Below, piece by piece: positions 49,801 through 59,593 of a DNA stretch of 60,000 nt. The stretch is from Botryllus schlosseri (Eukaryota): assembly GCA_051294905.1 (NCBI GenBank), contig CM119372.1, positions 7,380,001 through 7,440,000 on the forward strand. The letters run 5' to 3'. The translations under genes were made by a program, and so were the position numbers. How positions within the stretch are numbered: the stretch's first letter is position 1; each line of letters begins with the position of its first letter. The notes beneath the pieces were generated by a model that was given only the letters and a program-made list of their open reading frames with translations, was not told the origin of the DNA and searched no databases.

Positions 49801-50586
49801 ATCAAGTAGTGTTTAGTGTATGTGTAGTAGTGTTTGAGAACGGAACTGTGAACAGCAACAGCACCTGACAGCGGCAATGCTATATCATGAAGCATTATTC
49901 AAGTGAGTACCCCTTGCCCGCTTGCAATGATCAATCAAAAATTCGACACAGCAAGCCGAGACGCAGTAAACTAGCAGTCAGCATACATATACTAACGTTT
50001 CTTTCAGCAGTAAACGTAACATCGGTTTAAGCATATAATAGGTGCTGCAATTTAATGTTACAACACTTTTGACTATAATCGGTGCATGAAACAGGGTCAG
50101 TATCAGCAAATTGATAGCTTATCATGTGACTGATAGACTGAACATCACATAAGACAAAAAGGCAATGGTCAGGGATCTTAGATCACAGAATATAGTTAAC
50201 ATAGCAACAAATCTTGTAAAAAACGTGTTGACATTAACAGATATTTTTTTTACCAGATTTCATATATTTTACAGATACTTCCAACAGCTAGATCATATAG
50301 TATAATGCAAAGAAGCATCTTTGCATTCGAGCAAGGTTCCATTATTCACTAAACTGACTATAATAAATGTGAATATGTATTCACGGAACCCTGAGAGAAT
50401 TAAAAGAGCTTCAAGTAAGTTCTAAATAACTTTTACGTTACAAGGAATGTTAAATTCGATCAGATATTATCTTAAATTATCGCAAAATGCCGTTGCCAGC
50501 ATGTGATCTTCGACCGTTGTTCAACGTGTAATTTTGCGCAAGATACTTTTCGGATTTTTACCAACGAGTAACATATCACTCACCAT
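16368..50586 (-). CDS. LARP4: La-related protein 4 (LARP4/LARP4B-like), complete spliced CDS, 22 coding exons, about 937 aa
   Basis: Exons joined by hand, all GT-AG and phase-consistent: 50584-50586, 47658-47724, 44364-44520, 43302-43438, 42070-42176, 39944-40108, 39795-39875, 37815-38042, 35839-35915, 34656-34762, 34457-34596, 33181-33268, 32107-32234, 30822-30909, 26576-26678, 25706-25772, 25519-25641, 23382-23444, 22281-22416, 19251-19468, 17806-17869, 16368-16834. La motif [76 protein letters not shown] and KLSYAEML all match the LARP4 family. Confidence 0.93.
17806..17869 (-). CDS. LARP4: LARP4 exon [21 protein letters not shown]
   Basis: GT-AG, phase 0 to 1. Confidence 0.82.
19251..19468 (-). 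CDS. LARP4: LARP4 Pro/Lys-rich exon
   Basis: ctttcag acceptor, AAG|gtcagt donor. Confidence 0.85.
20652..20768 (-). mobile_element. Degenerate Penelope-like pLTR relative with mutated hammerhead core
   Basis: Reverse-complement similarity to 10010-10125; GAAA changed to AAAA. Confidence 0.65.
22281..22416 (-). CDS. LARP4: LARP4 exon [15 protein letters not shown].. (alternative in-frame donor extends it to 22260)
   Basis: tttacag acceptor; two phase-1 donors, gtatgg and gtaact. Confidence 0.8.
23382..23444 (-). CDS. LARP4: LARP4 exon [21 protein letters not shown]
   Basis: GT-AG, phase 0-0. Confidence 0.78.
24272..25247. mobile_element. Non-autonomous hAT-like element
   Basis: TSD ACCACAGC (24264-24271, 25248-25255); degenerate ends; interior 24790-25195 is similar to 17185-17700. 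Confidence 0.7.
25519..25641 (-). CDS. LARP4: LARP4 exon with conserved [13 protein letters not shown] motif
   Basis: Follows a 64-nt intron; LARP4-family FxL...FPPLPG motif. Confidence 0.9.
25706..25772 (-). CDS. LARP4: LARP4 exon [22 protein letters not shown]
   Basis: GT-AG, phase 2 to 0. Confidence 0.85.
26576..26678 (-). CDS. LARP4: LARP4 exon [27 protein letters not shown]..
   Basis: cttttag acceptor, gtgagt donor, phase 1 to 2. Confidence 0.82.
28088..30549. mobile_element. hAT element with CGATTA subterminal arrays, nested in 26731-30806
   Basis: TIR cagacatggggt / accccatgtctg; perfect TSD CCGCCAAC. Confidence 0.92.
28901..29406. mobile_element. hAT MITE nested in 28088-30549
   Basis: TIR tagggctgggca / tgcccagcccta; perfect TSD CAGTCCAC; related partial copies near 21970-22205 and 56221-56295. 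Confidence 0.93.
30822..30909 (-). CDS. LARP4: LARP4 exon [29 protein letters not shown]
   Basis: ttttccag acceptor, phase 0 to 1. Confidence 0.8.
32107..32234 (-). CDS. LARP4: LARP4 exon [17 protein letters not shown]..
   Basis: GT-AG, gtgagt donor, phase 1 to 0. Confidence 0.82.
33181..33268 (-). CDS. LARP4: LARP4 exon [29 protein letters not shown]
   Basis: GT-AG, phase 0 to 1. Confidence 0.82.
33985..34165 (-). mobile_element. Degenerate Penelope-like pLTR relative with hammerhead core but broken stem I
   Basis: Highly similar to 9851-9958 plus tail 10075-10125; minus strand reads ACCC CUGACGA..GAAA AUAU UC AGUU. Confidence 0.7.
34457..34596 (-). CDS. LARP4: LARP4 exon [15 protein letters not shown]..
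   Basis: Follows a 59-nt intron; phase 1 to 0. Confidence 0.82.
34656..34762 (-). CDS. LARP4: LARP4 exon [36 protein letters not shown]
   Basis: tttttctaaacag acceptor; supplies the required phase 2 to 1 transition. Confidence 0.78.
34971..35515. mobile_element. Second, inverted copy of the GACTC-array hAT MITE
   Basis: Reverse-complement similarity to 11089-11672; TSD GGTTCTTG / GGTTCGTG. Confidence 0.88.
35839..35915 (-). CDS. LARP4: LARP4 exon [25 protein letters not shown]
   Basis: Strong polypyrimidine acceptor, AG|gtaatt donor. Confidence 0.82.
36199..36990. mobile_element. hAT MITE with TCTAGTT arrays
   Basis: TIR cagacttg / caagtctg; perfect TSD CAAGACAC; sits inside an older cagtggttctc-type shell (~36147-37265). 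Confidence 0.88.
37815..38042 (-). CDS. LARP4: LARP4 Pro/Ala-rich exon
   Basis: tttcacag acceptor, ATG|gtaagc donor, 76 codons. Confidence 0.88.
38138..38551. mobile_element. MITE with AAAGTTGCA arrays
   Basis: TIR agggcaagtttttg / caaaaacttgccct; no clean TSD seen. Confidence 0.7.
38769..39217. mobile_element. Charlie-type hAT MITE
   Basis: TIR cagtggttcccaacc / ggttgggagccattg; TSD CTCTAATC / CCCTAATC. Confidence 0.85.
39795..39875 (-). CDS. LARP4: LARP4 exon [10 protein letters not shown]..
   Basis: Follows a 68-nt intron and completes the IMARIK motif. Confidence 0.9.
39944..40108 (-). CDS. LARP4: LARP4 exon, RRM ([55 protein letters not shown])
   Basis: 55 codons, phase 0-0, LARP4 RRM; this exon is absent from the ORF track. 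Confidence 0.95.
40810..41510 (-). mobile_element. 5'-truncated CR1/L2-group LINE (ORF2 C-terminus, 3' UTR, (ATG)n tail)
   Basis: Uninterrupted ~150 codons [45 protein letters not shown] at 40833-40838; (ATG)n tail at 40810-40829. Confidence 0.92.
42070..42176 (-). CDS. LARP4: LARP4 exon, end of La motif and start of RRM ([27 protein letters not shown])
   Basis: Matches the LARP4 [11 protein letters not shown] / VILREIPE pattern. Confidence 0.95.
43302..43438 (-). CDS. LARP4: LARP4 exon, La motif core ([45 protein letters not shown])
   Basis: Classic La motif sequence with GT-AG boundaries. Confidence 0.95.
44364..44520 (-). CDS. LARP4: LARP4 exon, start of La motif ([16 protein letters not shown])
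   Basis: tgttgcag acceptor, gtacgt donor, La motif helix 1. Confidence 0.92.
47658..47724 (-). CDS. LARP4: LARP4 exon [22 protein letters not shown]
   Basis: ttttgcag acceptor, G|gtgagt donor, phase 0 to 1. Confidence 0.75.
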
Positions 50587-50757
50587 AATACGTGGGTCTT
50601 CCCAAAAGAACTACTTTGCATATAATCCTGGCGAAATCAGCTCTTCCTTCGCGATCGCCAGTGCCTTCCACAAATCCGCCGTAAACGCCCGAAACTGTCC
50701 GCTCTGACCGCCAGTGTACCCAACGGGTAACCTCTTAGCAACGAGTGGTGGAGCTAG
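50584..50757 (-). CDS. LARP4: LARP4 start exon (5' UTR plus ATG)
   Basis: ATG|gtgagt at 50586-50578; phase 0 joins the exon reading IMNGVEVD. Confidence 0.7.
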
Positions 50758-50899
50758 CTTAAAATTGTAAAATATTGTAAAAATTTAGTCCAAATTGGCA
50801 ACATTAGCGGTATTATTTATATTATATTGTTTATAAACAAATTATGGATGTTATATCTCTTTCCAATCGAAAATTTCCTTCATCTGTCTTATGGCATTC

Positions 50900-51120
50900 A
50901 AATACCAATAAACGTCCATGCGCACATCGTAATTTCGAGCGACCCGCAATAATCAACGAACGGCCGCGACCACGCGGCTGCGCAGAACTTACGCCCAGCT
51001 GCGTGACGAGACAGCTCAGTGGACGAGACAGCTTTCAACGAAAGCTCACCAAAGCTACGCTTGCGCCGCTGCACCACCGCGCGGGAAATTATGTACACGT
51101 GTTTCGCCGCTAAATGAGAT
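50900..51120. promoter_or_regulatory. CpG-rich probable promoter of LARP4, possibly shared with the divergent gene
   Basis: Local CG-rich patch upstream of the first exons, with an E2F-like CGCGGGAAA near 51080. Confidence 0.4.
50993..51060 (-). other. Probable non-coding 5' UTR exon of LARP4 (upstream boundary approximate)
   Basis: Minus-strand donor GC|gtaagt at 50992 in a CpG-rich patch. An AT-rich intron leads to acceptor ttttaag at 50758. Confidence 0.5.
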
Positions 51121-53194
51121 CATGTCATCATAAACTGTTTTATCCGATCCTAGACAACTGAGCGAGGATGGCTTTTCTCCATGAATGACCCGTTGTCTAG
51201 CGTTGTTCACTCGCACTTCCCTGAAACGTTTATTATTTATAAGCAGTAACATTCATTTTCAATGACATTATGTCCCACTGCAGATATTTAGAGATAGCTA
51301 ACCAAAGTAAGCGGAACTAGCTTTCTCAAAGTGAAGTAGATTACTGAAAACAATTTATTTACTGACTTACCGATTGCATTACAATATTTTTGCTTCCATC
51401 GGTAACATTTTATCGTTGTCGATTATGAATTCGATTATTCCCGCGCGACAAATCATTCTAAACCTAGTGTCCATAGCGGTTTGCACTCGTGCGTACCAAG
51501 AACCGGGGATTGCTGAGACGGGGTGGGGTAAGGAAATCCAAACGTGAATCATTCATATCTGACCCTTCTTCACAAAATTCTCTCCCACAAATCAATCTAG
51601 TAAACAGGCTGAAATTACCGGTAGTGTATAATACTGTGTATTGTTAAAGATAGGTCAATACTTTCACCTTTTGCCGATGGCTTGCTAAGTGAAGCCAAAT
51701 GCGCTCCCTTCGGGCTACGTCTTCGGCGCGGAGATATGTTCGTAATCGCACAGTTTTCCTGCGATGCGAGATGTATTTGTATTATTAATAGGCTAGTTTC
51801 CGGCTAATATGATTTCAGTACACTGTATTTAACTATGATGGCGGACTTCCGTTTCCAGCATTTCATATCATTATCTATAACTTGTATATGTTATGTTACA
51901 TTCGATGGAGTATATAGAGTAGACAAGACAAAGACATAGATAGACAAACACGAGCTATAATCGTATTTCAGAAAGTTGTTAGCCAGGCATTGTATCGAAA
52001 CATGTCACTGTTCAAGTTATGTTTCGGATTTTGTTTCTGTATTTCACTAGCACACATGTGCACTGGAAATAGTTGTGATTTCGTATCTGGGGTTGTTGAG
52101 TAATTAGCCAACCGTCGTTTTACTACTCGGAGTTATTCAAAATGAGTCAATCTCAAGAGGTCTCATCTCGACCTGGCTTAAGTTAGGTTTGTATTCACAT
52201 CAATATTGACGTCTTCTGTATGTGAAGTAGGCTACTCTGATGCGTATTTCTCACAACATATTTATCAAGTTCGACAATACTACCGTTTCCTGATGTTCGA
52301 AATCAAGGGGTCGGAACGACCTGACCGCGGTTAGCTTCAGACCTCCGTCGCGCTTCCCGACGATTACTATAGAATAGCAATTCTAGCCATTCGACGATCA
52401 CTTGGCTCTGGTCTCGAGTTTCTGTTCTTAATTATCGGTTCTTTGGAGATACGGAAATCATTACGATCGCATACCCCCATTAACTGCGCAGTTACTGATA
52501 ATTAAGAGAAAAAATTATACGGTCTAACTGTACGAATATGGTTTCTCTCCTAAAGTTCTCCCGATTTTTCACTGTTTAGGCCTCTGTTTATGCAGATGTG
52601 GGTGTTAGATTATTAGCTTTGGCCAAGTCGACTCGACTATAATCCTAATCTATCATTACGTGGTTTCACTTGCAATCTAGCGGAGTTTGAAACTAATAGA
52701 AATCAGTAGTAACGCATATATTCATTTGGTAGGCTACTATTACACCGGTTGCTTATACTTGGCCAGTATGAGAATCCGTGCGTGTGACACAGGGCCTGCT
52801 ACTCTATGTCAAACTATTATATAAGTCAGTGGATAAGTAATTGTGCTTGTTATTGCCTGATAAAGGCATCTACAGGCTCGAGTGAGGTTGTATTCAGAAT
52901 ATGTAATATATAACCTTACTTTTTACTAAAGGCAGAAAGTCTTTAGTCTGAAAGGGCAATTAAAGATGCAAAGTGTCTGAGAACTGTGACGAGTGGCTTT
53001 TGAATCGGAACGCATATATATACTCGACTGGCGACACTACTTTGTCAATAAGAGTAACGTTTACGACGCATGGTCTTGCTACGACACAACGATCGCGACA
53101 AAAGTTTAAACAATGTAACGTATCAGTTACAGGGATATTGACCTGTTCAGAAATAATACCATCGATTAGTTACTCGTACTGATGAATCGTTAAA

Positions 53195-56100
53195 ATGCGG
53201 AGACATAAAGACGGAGAAACTCCGGACCTCCAACGGACCGTACGTACAAATCTTGAGGGAGAGGATGATATCAGTGGTTCTCAGAGTTCTGAATCTGTGT
53301 CGACTAAAATGCTGGAGGATGGTTTTCAAACCCCGAGCAAATGTCGTGAACACCGAGCCAACAGCTCGGTGATTCAGGTAAGGTACCAATTGAATAGGTC
53401 ATGGCTGAAATCGCGTTCGGTTACCGGTTATGCACGAATACACTGTCGTGTCGGGTTATACATGTACTATTTTTGTAGTGTGACTTGACGCACAAGTTCA
53501 ATTGAATCGCGCGATCAGGGTAAATTGCATGTACACTGGTCAGTATTGGAACATTTTCATTATCAAATATCATGTAAATTTACGGGTTGCAAGACTCCAG
53601 TGGGTGTGCGAAGTTCCGAATTCGATCGACCTTTCCGGTCACAAAGGGTGCAGACAATGTGGCAACACATTATATATGCTTTACTATATAGACCAGGGGT
53701 CACCAACACGCGGGCCGCATGCGGTCCGCAAGGTCATATTTTGCGGCCGCGAGCCGATATGAGATTTCGGAAGAATACTATAAGTAAAGCAATTTGAAAT
53801 GCTGAATTTGATTTCAGTTTCAAAGTATTGTCGTTGTTTCAAAATAAGCTATTCGCTTGTGCCCAACATCATTATTCTTGACTATTGCTGAAACGGCTAC
53901 GGTGATGGCAACATCATTCGATCGAGGAGAATCAGCTGTTATAAATAGACACATTGCATTGACCTGCAATTGTTCAGACAATGCCAAGACCGAGACGCTT
54001 AGAAAACGGCTAAGTGCTTCCCCACAAGATCAAGCTTTAGGGGGAGACAGTCTTTCAGATGGTAACGTGTATCGCACATCGCTAGCCCCAATATCGATTC
54101 TTTAGTCGCTGAAAATCGTAGTCAGGTATCGTGCGCAGCATTTGTACCGCTTTAATAAAATAATACTCATTTAGTGGTAGCTATGCCCATCGCTCATGTT
54201 AGAATCACACCGTTGTACCGGCGTAAAGTTTTTAAAACGTGGTTGCTCAACTGTGTGGCCTATTATGTCTCGACATTGCATTCTTGCGACCCGCGGCCTC
54301 TACAAAATTTTGAAAAGAGGACCGCGACCAGTTTTGAGTTGGCGACCCCTGATATAGACCAAACGTTTATCAACAATATGCGCCCAAATGGGCATCAAAT
54401 TACGTTTTGTTGTATTCTTGGAGTTTCGACTACCATGACCGTTTACGCCAGATATTTGTTATTGTGATTACTGATCGCCCGACTTCTAGCACGACCCACT
54501 TTCGTTCTATGCTTTTTAAATGACACCGCTTTCGCGGATCACATGGCGAGGAGATTAAACTACGTAACTTAACGCCCGCTTTTTTGCTTCCGACGGATTA
54601 AGCATCATGTTCTAAGACAGTGGTTCTCAACCTTTTTCGCCTCGCGGACCGGTAAAATTTCAAAAAGTGTCTGGCGGACCAGTGAAATGTCCAAATTGAA
54701 ATGAAGCAAAAATGTAAAGTATGCAACCGTTTTTTGCAATTATATTATGCTAGACAGGGACATTTGGAGGGTTTTGATCGTAATTAATTATAGTAATGAT
54801 GGCATCCATGTGATTGTATGGTAGTGAGTCTGCCGGGTCGAGGTAAAATTGCCTTTTCCAGATAAACGTGCTACTGCCGAGGGTCGTTTACAGTCTTTCG
54901 CGCTGAAGGTCGTGGGTTTAAACGGCCACGCCCACTCCAATAATATTCTTCTCTTTGACAATATCAAGAGAAGAAACGTGTCGGAGTCGAACCAATCACC
55001 TTGTCGTGCTACCTTGCTCATTGCCCACTGCCACCAGACGCATGCTACTCTGGAAATTACGAATAGGCCTACAATGCGTGCCGCAAGAATCCACATTACA
55101 GCAGCTATACCGGCCATCCGCAAATCCGGGCCGAAAAAGCAATTCGTCAGCCCACTCCAAAAACGTTGGTCTTGGGACCCCCACAGGGCATTAAGCCAAA
55201 CTTCCGGGGGCTTCGCCCCAAAACCCTACACTTGGGTGGATGTTTTCACCTTTACTTGTGATCACATCCATTCTACTCAGCGTAAGCAGAGAGTTTATGT
55301 AGTTTATCGCGACAATAGCGACAATTTTCGATCATTCACGACTGAAGCGGTCTTCTCGCGGTTGAATTTTTGGCCAAATTTCTGAGTCCCATATGTTAAC
55401 CTGAACGTCATTATGTGTGGATACGTCGTGGTGCGGTAATGCATATAAATCATGCGTATCTCTTGGAGAAGGGCACCTAATAAGCAAGACATTTAGGGAC
55501 ACTAAATCGTGCAAAGCCCGAAAAGAAATTGAAGAATACTGGGAAAAGTTTCAAATAAAACGTTATGATTTATGTTCATTTGCGAAATAATTTTGAGCCC
55601 ATTTCAAGCTCGGCCCCTCTCCAATTGGGCGGTTTGGGGTGCCCAAGTTACGGTCCTGCACAAAATAAATGATCGAAAACCATTGATCAAACTGCGCTGT
55701 TTCGCGATGAGTGAGCTCGTATCTGTTCTGTATTTGTCGCTCGCATGCCGTCAAATGAAACGTCTTGAGCTTCAAGTCAAGTCGAACATGTTTCCAGCCC
55801 TAATGTTACCTCACGAAGTTTTGAATCAGATTAAAATTATATGTTTTAATTACTTTATCAGAGGACAAGCCTTCAACATTGCATCTTAAAATTAAAGTAC
55901 AAAATTGTAATATACCTCGCGGACCGGCAGGAATGTCGTCGCGGACCGGTACCGGTCCGCGGACCGGCGGTTGAGAACCACTGTTCTAAGACGCCGAGGT
56001 GTTGAAGAAAATTCTGCTATTTTACCATTGGCATGTACCAGACCATGACATGGAACGACCCATGACCCGATATCAGCGCGATCGAGTCAATAAAGGATTG

Positions 56101-57903
56101 GTTGTTTAGAGTATCGCGCCGGTCACAAAGCCAAGTTTAATGAGTAATAGTTTACAGCAGATCCAAGCTCGTTAACACTCAAAAGAAGCAAACGCTCACG
56201 GGAAGATGACATCTTATTGCTAGGGCAGGGCGAAATCGAGTACCTGATGGGGGATACGATTCCGGGTAGAGTATCAAGCTTTGAGTCGGGTATGCCAGTC
56301 TCTCTTATTATAACAGTGGTTCTCAGATTTTTTCGACTTGTGGCTCACTAGAAAAAAAACTCTCGCGGCACACTTGGGCCGAAAAAAGATGCTTTAAAAG
56401 ATCGATGTTTCGTAATCACTGCATTATAACGTCATATCAGTAAGACAGACGTAAGCAATTCAAATACGTATATTATGCGACTTTGCACTGCAGTAAACTA
56501 AATTGTTGATTTTAATAAAAGCGTATTTTCAAACTCTACTACGACATATGTGGTTCGGATACAACCCCACAGGTCAAACTACTGCACAGAAATGTCGCTG
56601 CCTTTAACGTGCGTAGCATTTTCTATGTGTCTTGAAAGAAATCATGCAAACAAATGAGCTTTAATTCCCCCGCGATGGCATGCACGTCTCAAAGCGATAA
56701 TTCTCATTGTGCCTATAGTGGCAAGAGCCGTGACGTTTCGGTACTTGAAAACATCGACTTTCACAAATCGACTCAAATCATGGAAATTGATACTAGAAGA
56801 TTCGGATTTCAGTAGCCTACTGGAATTGGTTTGCGTTATTAATATTCCGTATTATGCTTCTGTGCGATAAATAGTCCACCATTAACCACTTGCAACCACA
56901 TATCCTTATAGATTTCGTGATGTGCTATATTGTTCTGCGTCGATCGTAATCATTTCAGTATAACAAAATAAGCTTTAAATATTCAATTACAAATCGTAAA
57001 CGCTTTGAGTCAATCAATCATCAAATACGCCGCCCCTCAAAAGATAAGACGGGGTAACTACAAAAACGGACACAATGTACATCAGTGGTACGAAATGTGG
57101 TTATGTAACAGGTCTGTTGTCCGTGTTCGATATCAATCGATATAAACCAAATCCAACAAGTAACCTATTCCATGGGCATCGCCCGCATTTTCCACGCGTA
57201 TATACTCTCGTTTTCTCATGCCAATATTAGCCAATGAAGACATGTCACATGAGATGCGTGGTTATGGTTATTTGTACTCGGATTTTCTAGGGTGAGAATA
57301 TAGAAGATATCATAGGCGACCGAGGGTGTGATATAGTGAACGCCTCTTAAGACGTGGTTTTCACTATATACTATCTGCAGAGCTGTTTCCTCGAAGTTCA
57401 TTCATAATCTGTAGAGTGCGCACTGCGCATGCATTTAAAATCACGTATTCAAATTCATATCGTTCGTACATTGGTCTTCTCGCCATGAGTATGCAGGTGA
57501 AGTGTTTTTCAGACATGCGGATATTGCACTGGGTTGTATGGGAAGACAGTATAATCGTCAGTGTTCGATTATTAAGTACCATTCGATACTTCAGGTTGTT
57601 TTGGGTGCGATGAAGTTTGGTCGTAAAAGAGCCACAAAAGCGGAAGCCCCCGAAGACGGTTCCGAATCAAATCCCAATTTAGGAAAACCGTCAAAAAGTC
57701 CGTCGACGAAACGACAGCTGTGGGGTAAATCTCGCTCCGACGCTTGTAAGTGGGGTGATTTCTTTTTATTGCGATTGATTCGTGATTGATCTTCATATTA
57801 AATTGCTGAAACAGTCCATACAGCGATGGCAACCTCTCCCAAATCTCCAAGTGAAGCTGTTATGATGTGCAGTATCTCGGACGGCCCGAAATACCTTTTC
57901 AGG
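53195..57903 (+). CDS. Unidentified protein, 5' exons 53195-53377, 57595-57745, 57815-57903; continues downstream
   Basis: CAG|gtaagg, T|gtaagt and AGG|gtaagc donors, a 69-nt intron, and a phase-consistent open frame MRRHKDGETP..VVLGAMKFGRK..SDGPKYLFR. Confidence 0.7.
53694..54351. mobile_element. Charlie-type hAT MITE
   Basis: TIR caggggtcaccaac / gttggcgacccctg; perfect TSD ATATAGAC. Confidence 0.92.
54618..55983. mobile_element. Charlie-type non-autonomous hAT element
   Basis: Perfect TIR cagtggttctcaacc; GCGGACC arrays; perfect TSD TTCTAAGA. Confidence 0.95.
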
Positions 57904-58964
57904 GTAAGCTATGCCTTGATGTATATTATAAACCATTATATACGATTAAACTTACCCACAATTGTAGCTCGTAATAGTTCTATACGAACTGCGTGTACAT
58001 TTTCATGCTTTAAGTTACATGAATGCGACTCCGAAGACTATAATCTACGTAAATGTCTTCTATGATCTTTAAGTTTATCCCCATCGCATTTATGGCAGGG
58101 TATAGTCGTGATTACGCAGAAAACTGATCCGGTAGGCTACACGCCGTGGTATAGTCAGATCATGACAGATTGCGCGCTGCATCGTGTTACGTACCGTTGA
58201 TGGCGTTGCACAATATACGTACGCGCATTATGCAGTGTAGGCCTACTCTGACAGGACAGTCGTTTGTTTCCAACGGTATTCAGCGATTTCGTATTGCTTG
58301 ATTTGTCAACGATTTTTGGTATAGATTACACCTGTTAATGAGTTATCTCATTATACCTTAATTGCCGTCTATAATGTGATATACCGATGTGTACGAATCG
58401 AGTAGCGTCGAAAGCTAAATAATTAAATTCTGGATTTCACATGTCAAGACATCCCCGTTCAGACGTAGGTTATGCCCGTTCCATTTAGTTTAGTAATATG
58501 AATATTTTAGCATTGTGTTGATCCGATATGCATAACTTTGTGAGTGACCAATATATAGTATTGACCGAAATAAAATTATAGCAAACGTGCGTATGTTCCA
58601 TCAACGCAAAATCTAAAGCTGTTTAGACCTAAGTATGGACCCATATATTATCATCGGATATTACTACCCGCAGCCAAAAGATTGCAGACTCCAGAATGTG
58701 GCCATTTTTGCGTAATTCGATACTCTCTATATGTTTAATGCCGTATAGTTTTCGAAATAGCGCATTAAAATTTCATACTTTTTCAACTTATAGCTCGGTA
58801 ATATATACCTGGCACGTCGACATTTATATAATCAAGTAGTCGCACAAAAATTACCTTGGCGGTGCCGATTCATAAGGTTACACATGTCATTTTCACCATC
58901 AAGTGAGACGAAAGTAATGCGAAAGGAAATTCGCTCACGGGGGGTGCCTTTATTTTGTACATGC

Positions 58965-59338
58965 AAGCTAATGAAAAGCTAATGCAGCTAATTAAGCTAA
59001 GGAAAAGCTAATTAAGCTAATGAAAGGCTAATTAAGCTAATGAAAAGCTAAGTAAGCTAATGAAAAGCTAATGAAAAGCTAATTAAGCTAATGAAAAAGT
59101 AAGCTAATGAAGAGTAAGCTAATGAAAAGCTAATGAAGCTAATTAAGCTAATGAAAAGCTAAGTAAGCTAATGAAAAGCTAAGTAAGCTAATGAAAAAGT
59201 AAGCTAATGAAAAGTAAGCTAATGAAAAGCTAATGAAGCTAATTAAGCTAATGAAAAGCTAATTACGCTAATGAAAAAGTAAGCTAATGAAAAGTAAGCT
59301 AATGAAAAGCTAATTAAGCTAATGAAAAGCTAATGAAA
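58965..59338. repeat. Minisatellite of GCTAATGAAAA / GCTAATTAA / GCTAAGTAA units
   Basis: About 370 bp of tandem 9-11-bp AAGCTAA-based units. Confidence 0.95.
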
Positions 59339-59593
59339 CCAGCGAATGTAAAAATGAAGCCAATGAAGCAAGGAAGTAAGTCCAGGTTAGTATTTCGCTC
59401 ATATGATTCTGGATGTATCAAATCCGAAATTTTAAATCCAAGTTTAGAATCTGGATATTCGATTCTCAATAGGGATTTTTGAATTATGATTGCAATAGTG
59501 CCAATTCAGACTTAACTGCACCCTGCAAACCGGAAGATTTGACGGCACCGCCAGGTTTGTTTTGAGGTGTTCATGGTGTGTCTCGACCAGCAC

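Noticed and set aside
50753..50860. SL trans-splice acceptor with outron
   Set aside because: A good upstream cis donor (gtaagt at 50992) explains the acceptor; trans-splicing cannot be shown from DNA alone.
54849..55385. 178-aa ORF inside the hAT element
   Set aside because: No recognisable motif and a non-ATG start; it lies within a non-autonomous TE and is likely a chance ORF.
58965..59338. CRISPR-like array
   Set aside because: No unique spacers; it is a simple minisatellite in eukaryotic DNA.
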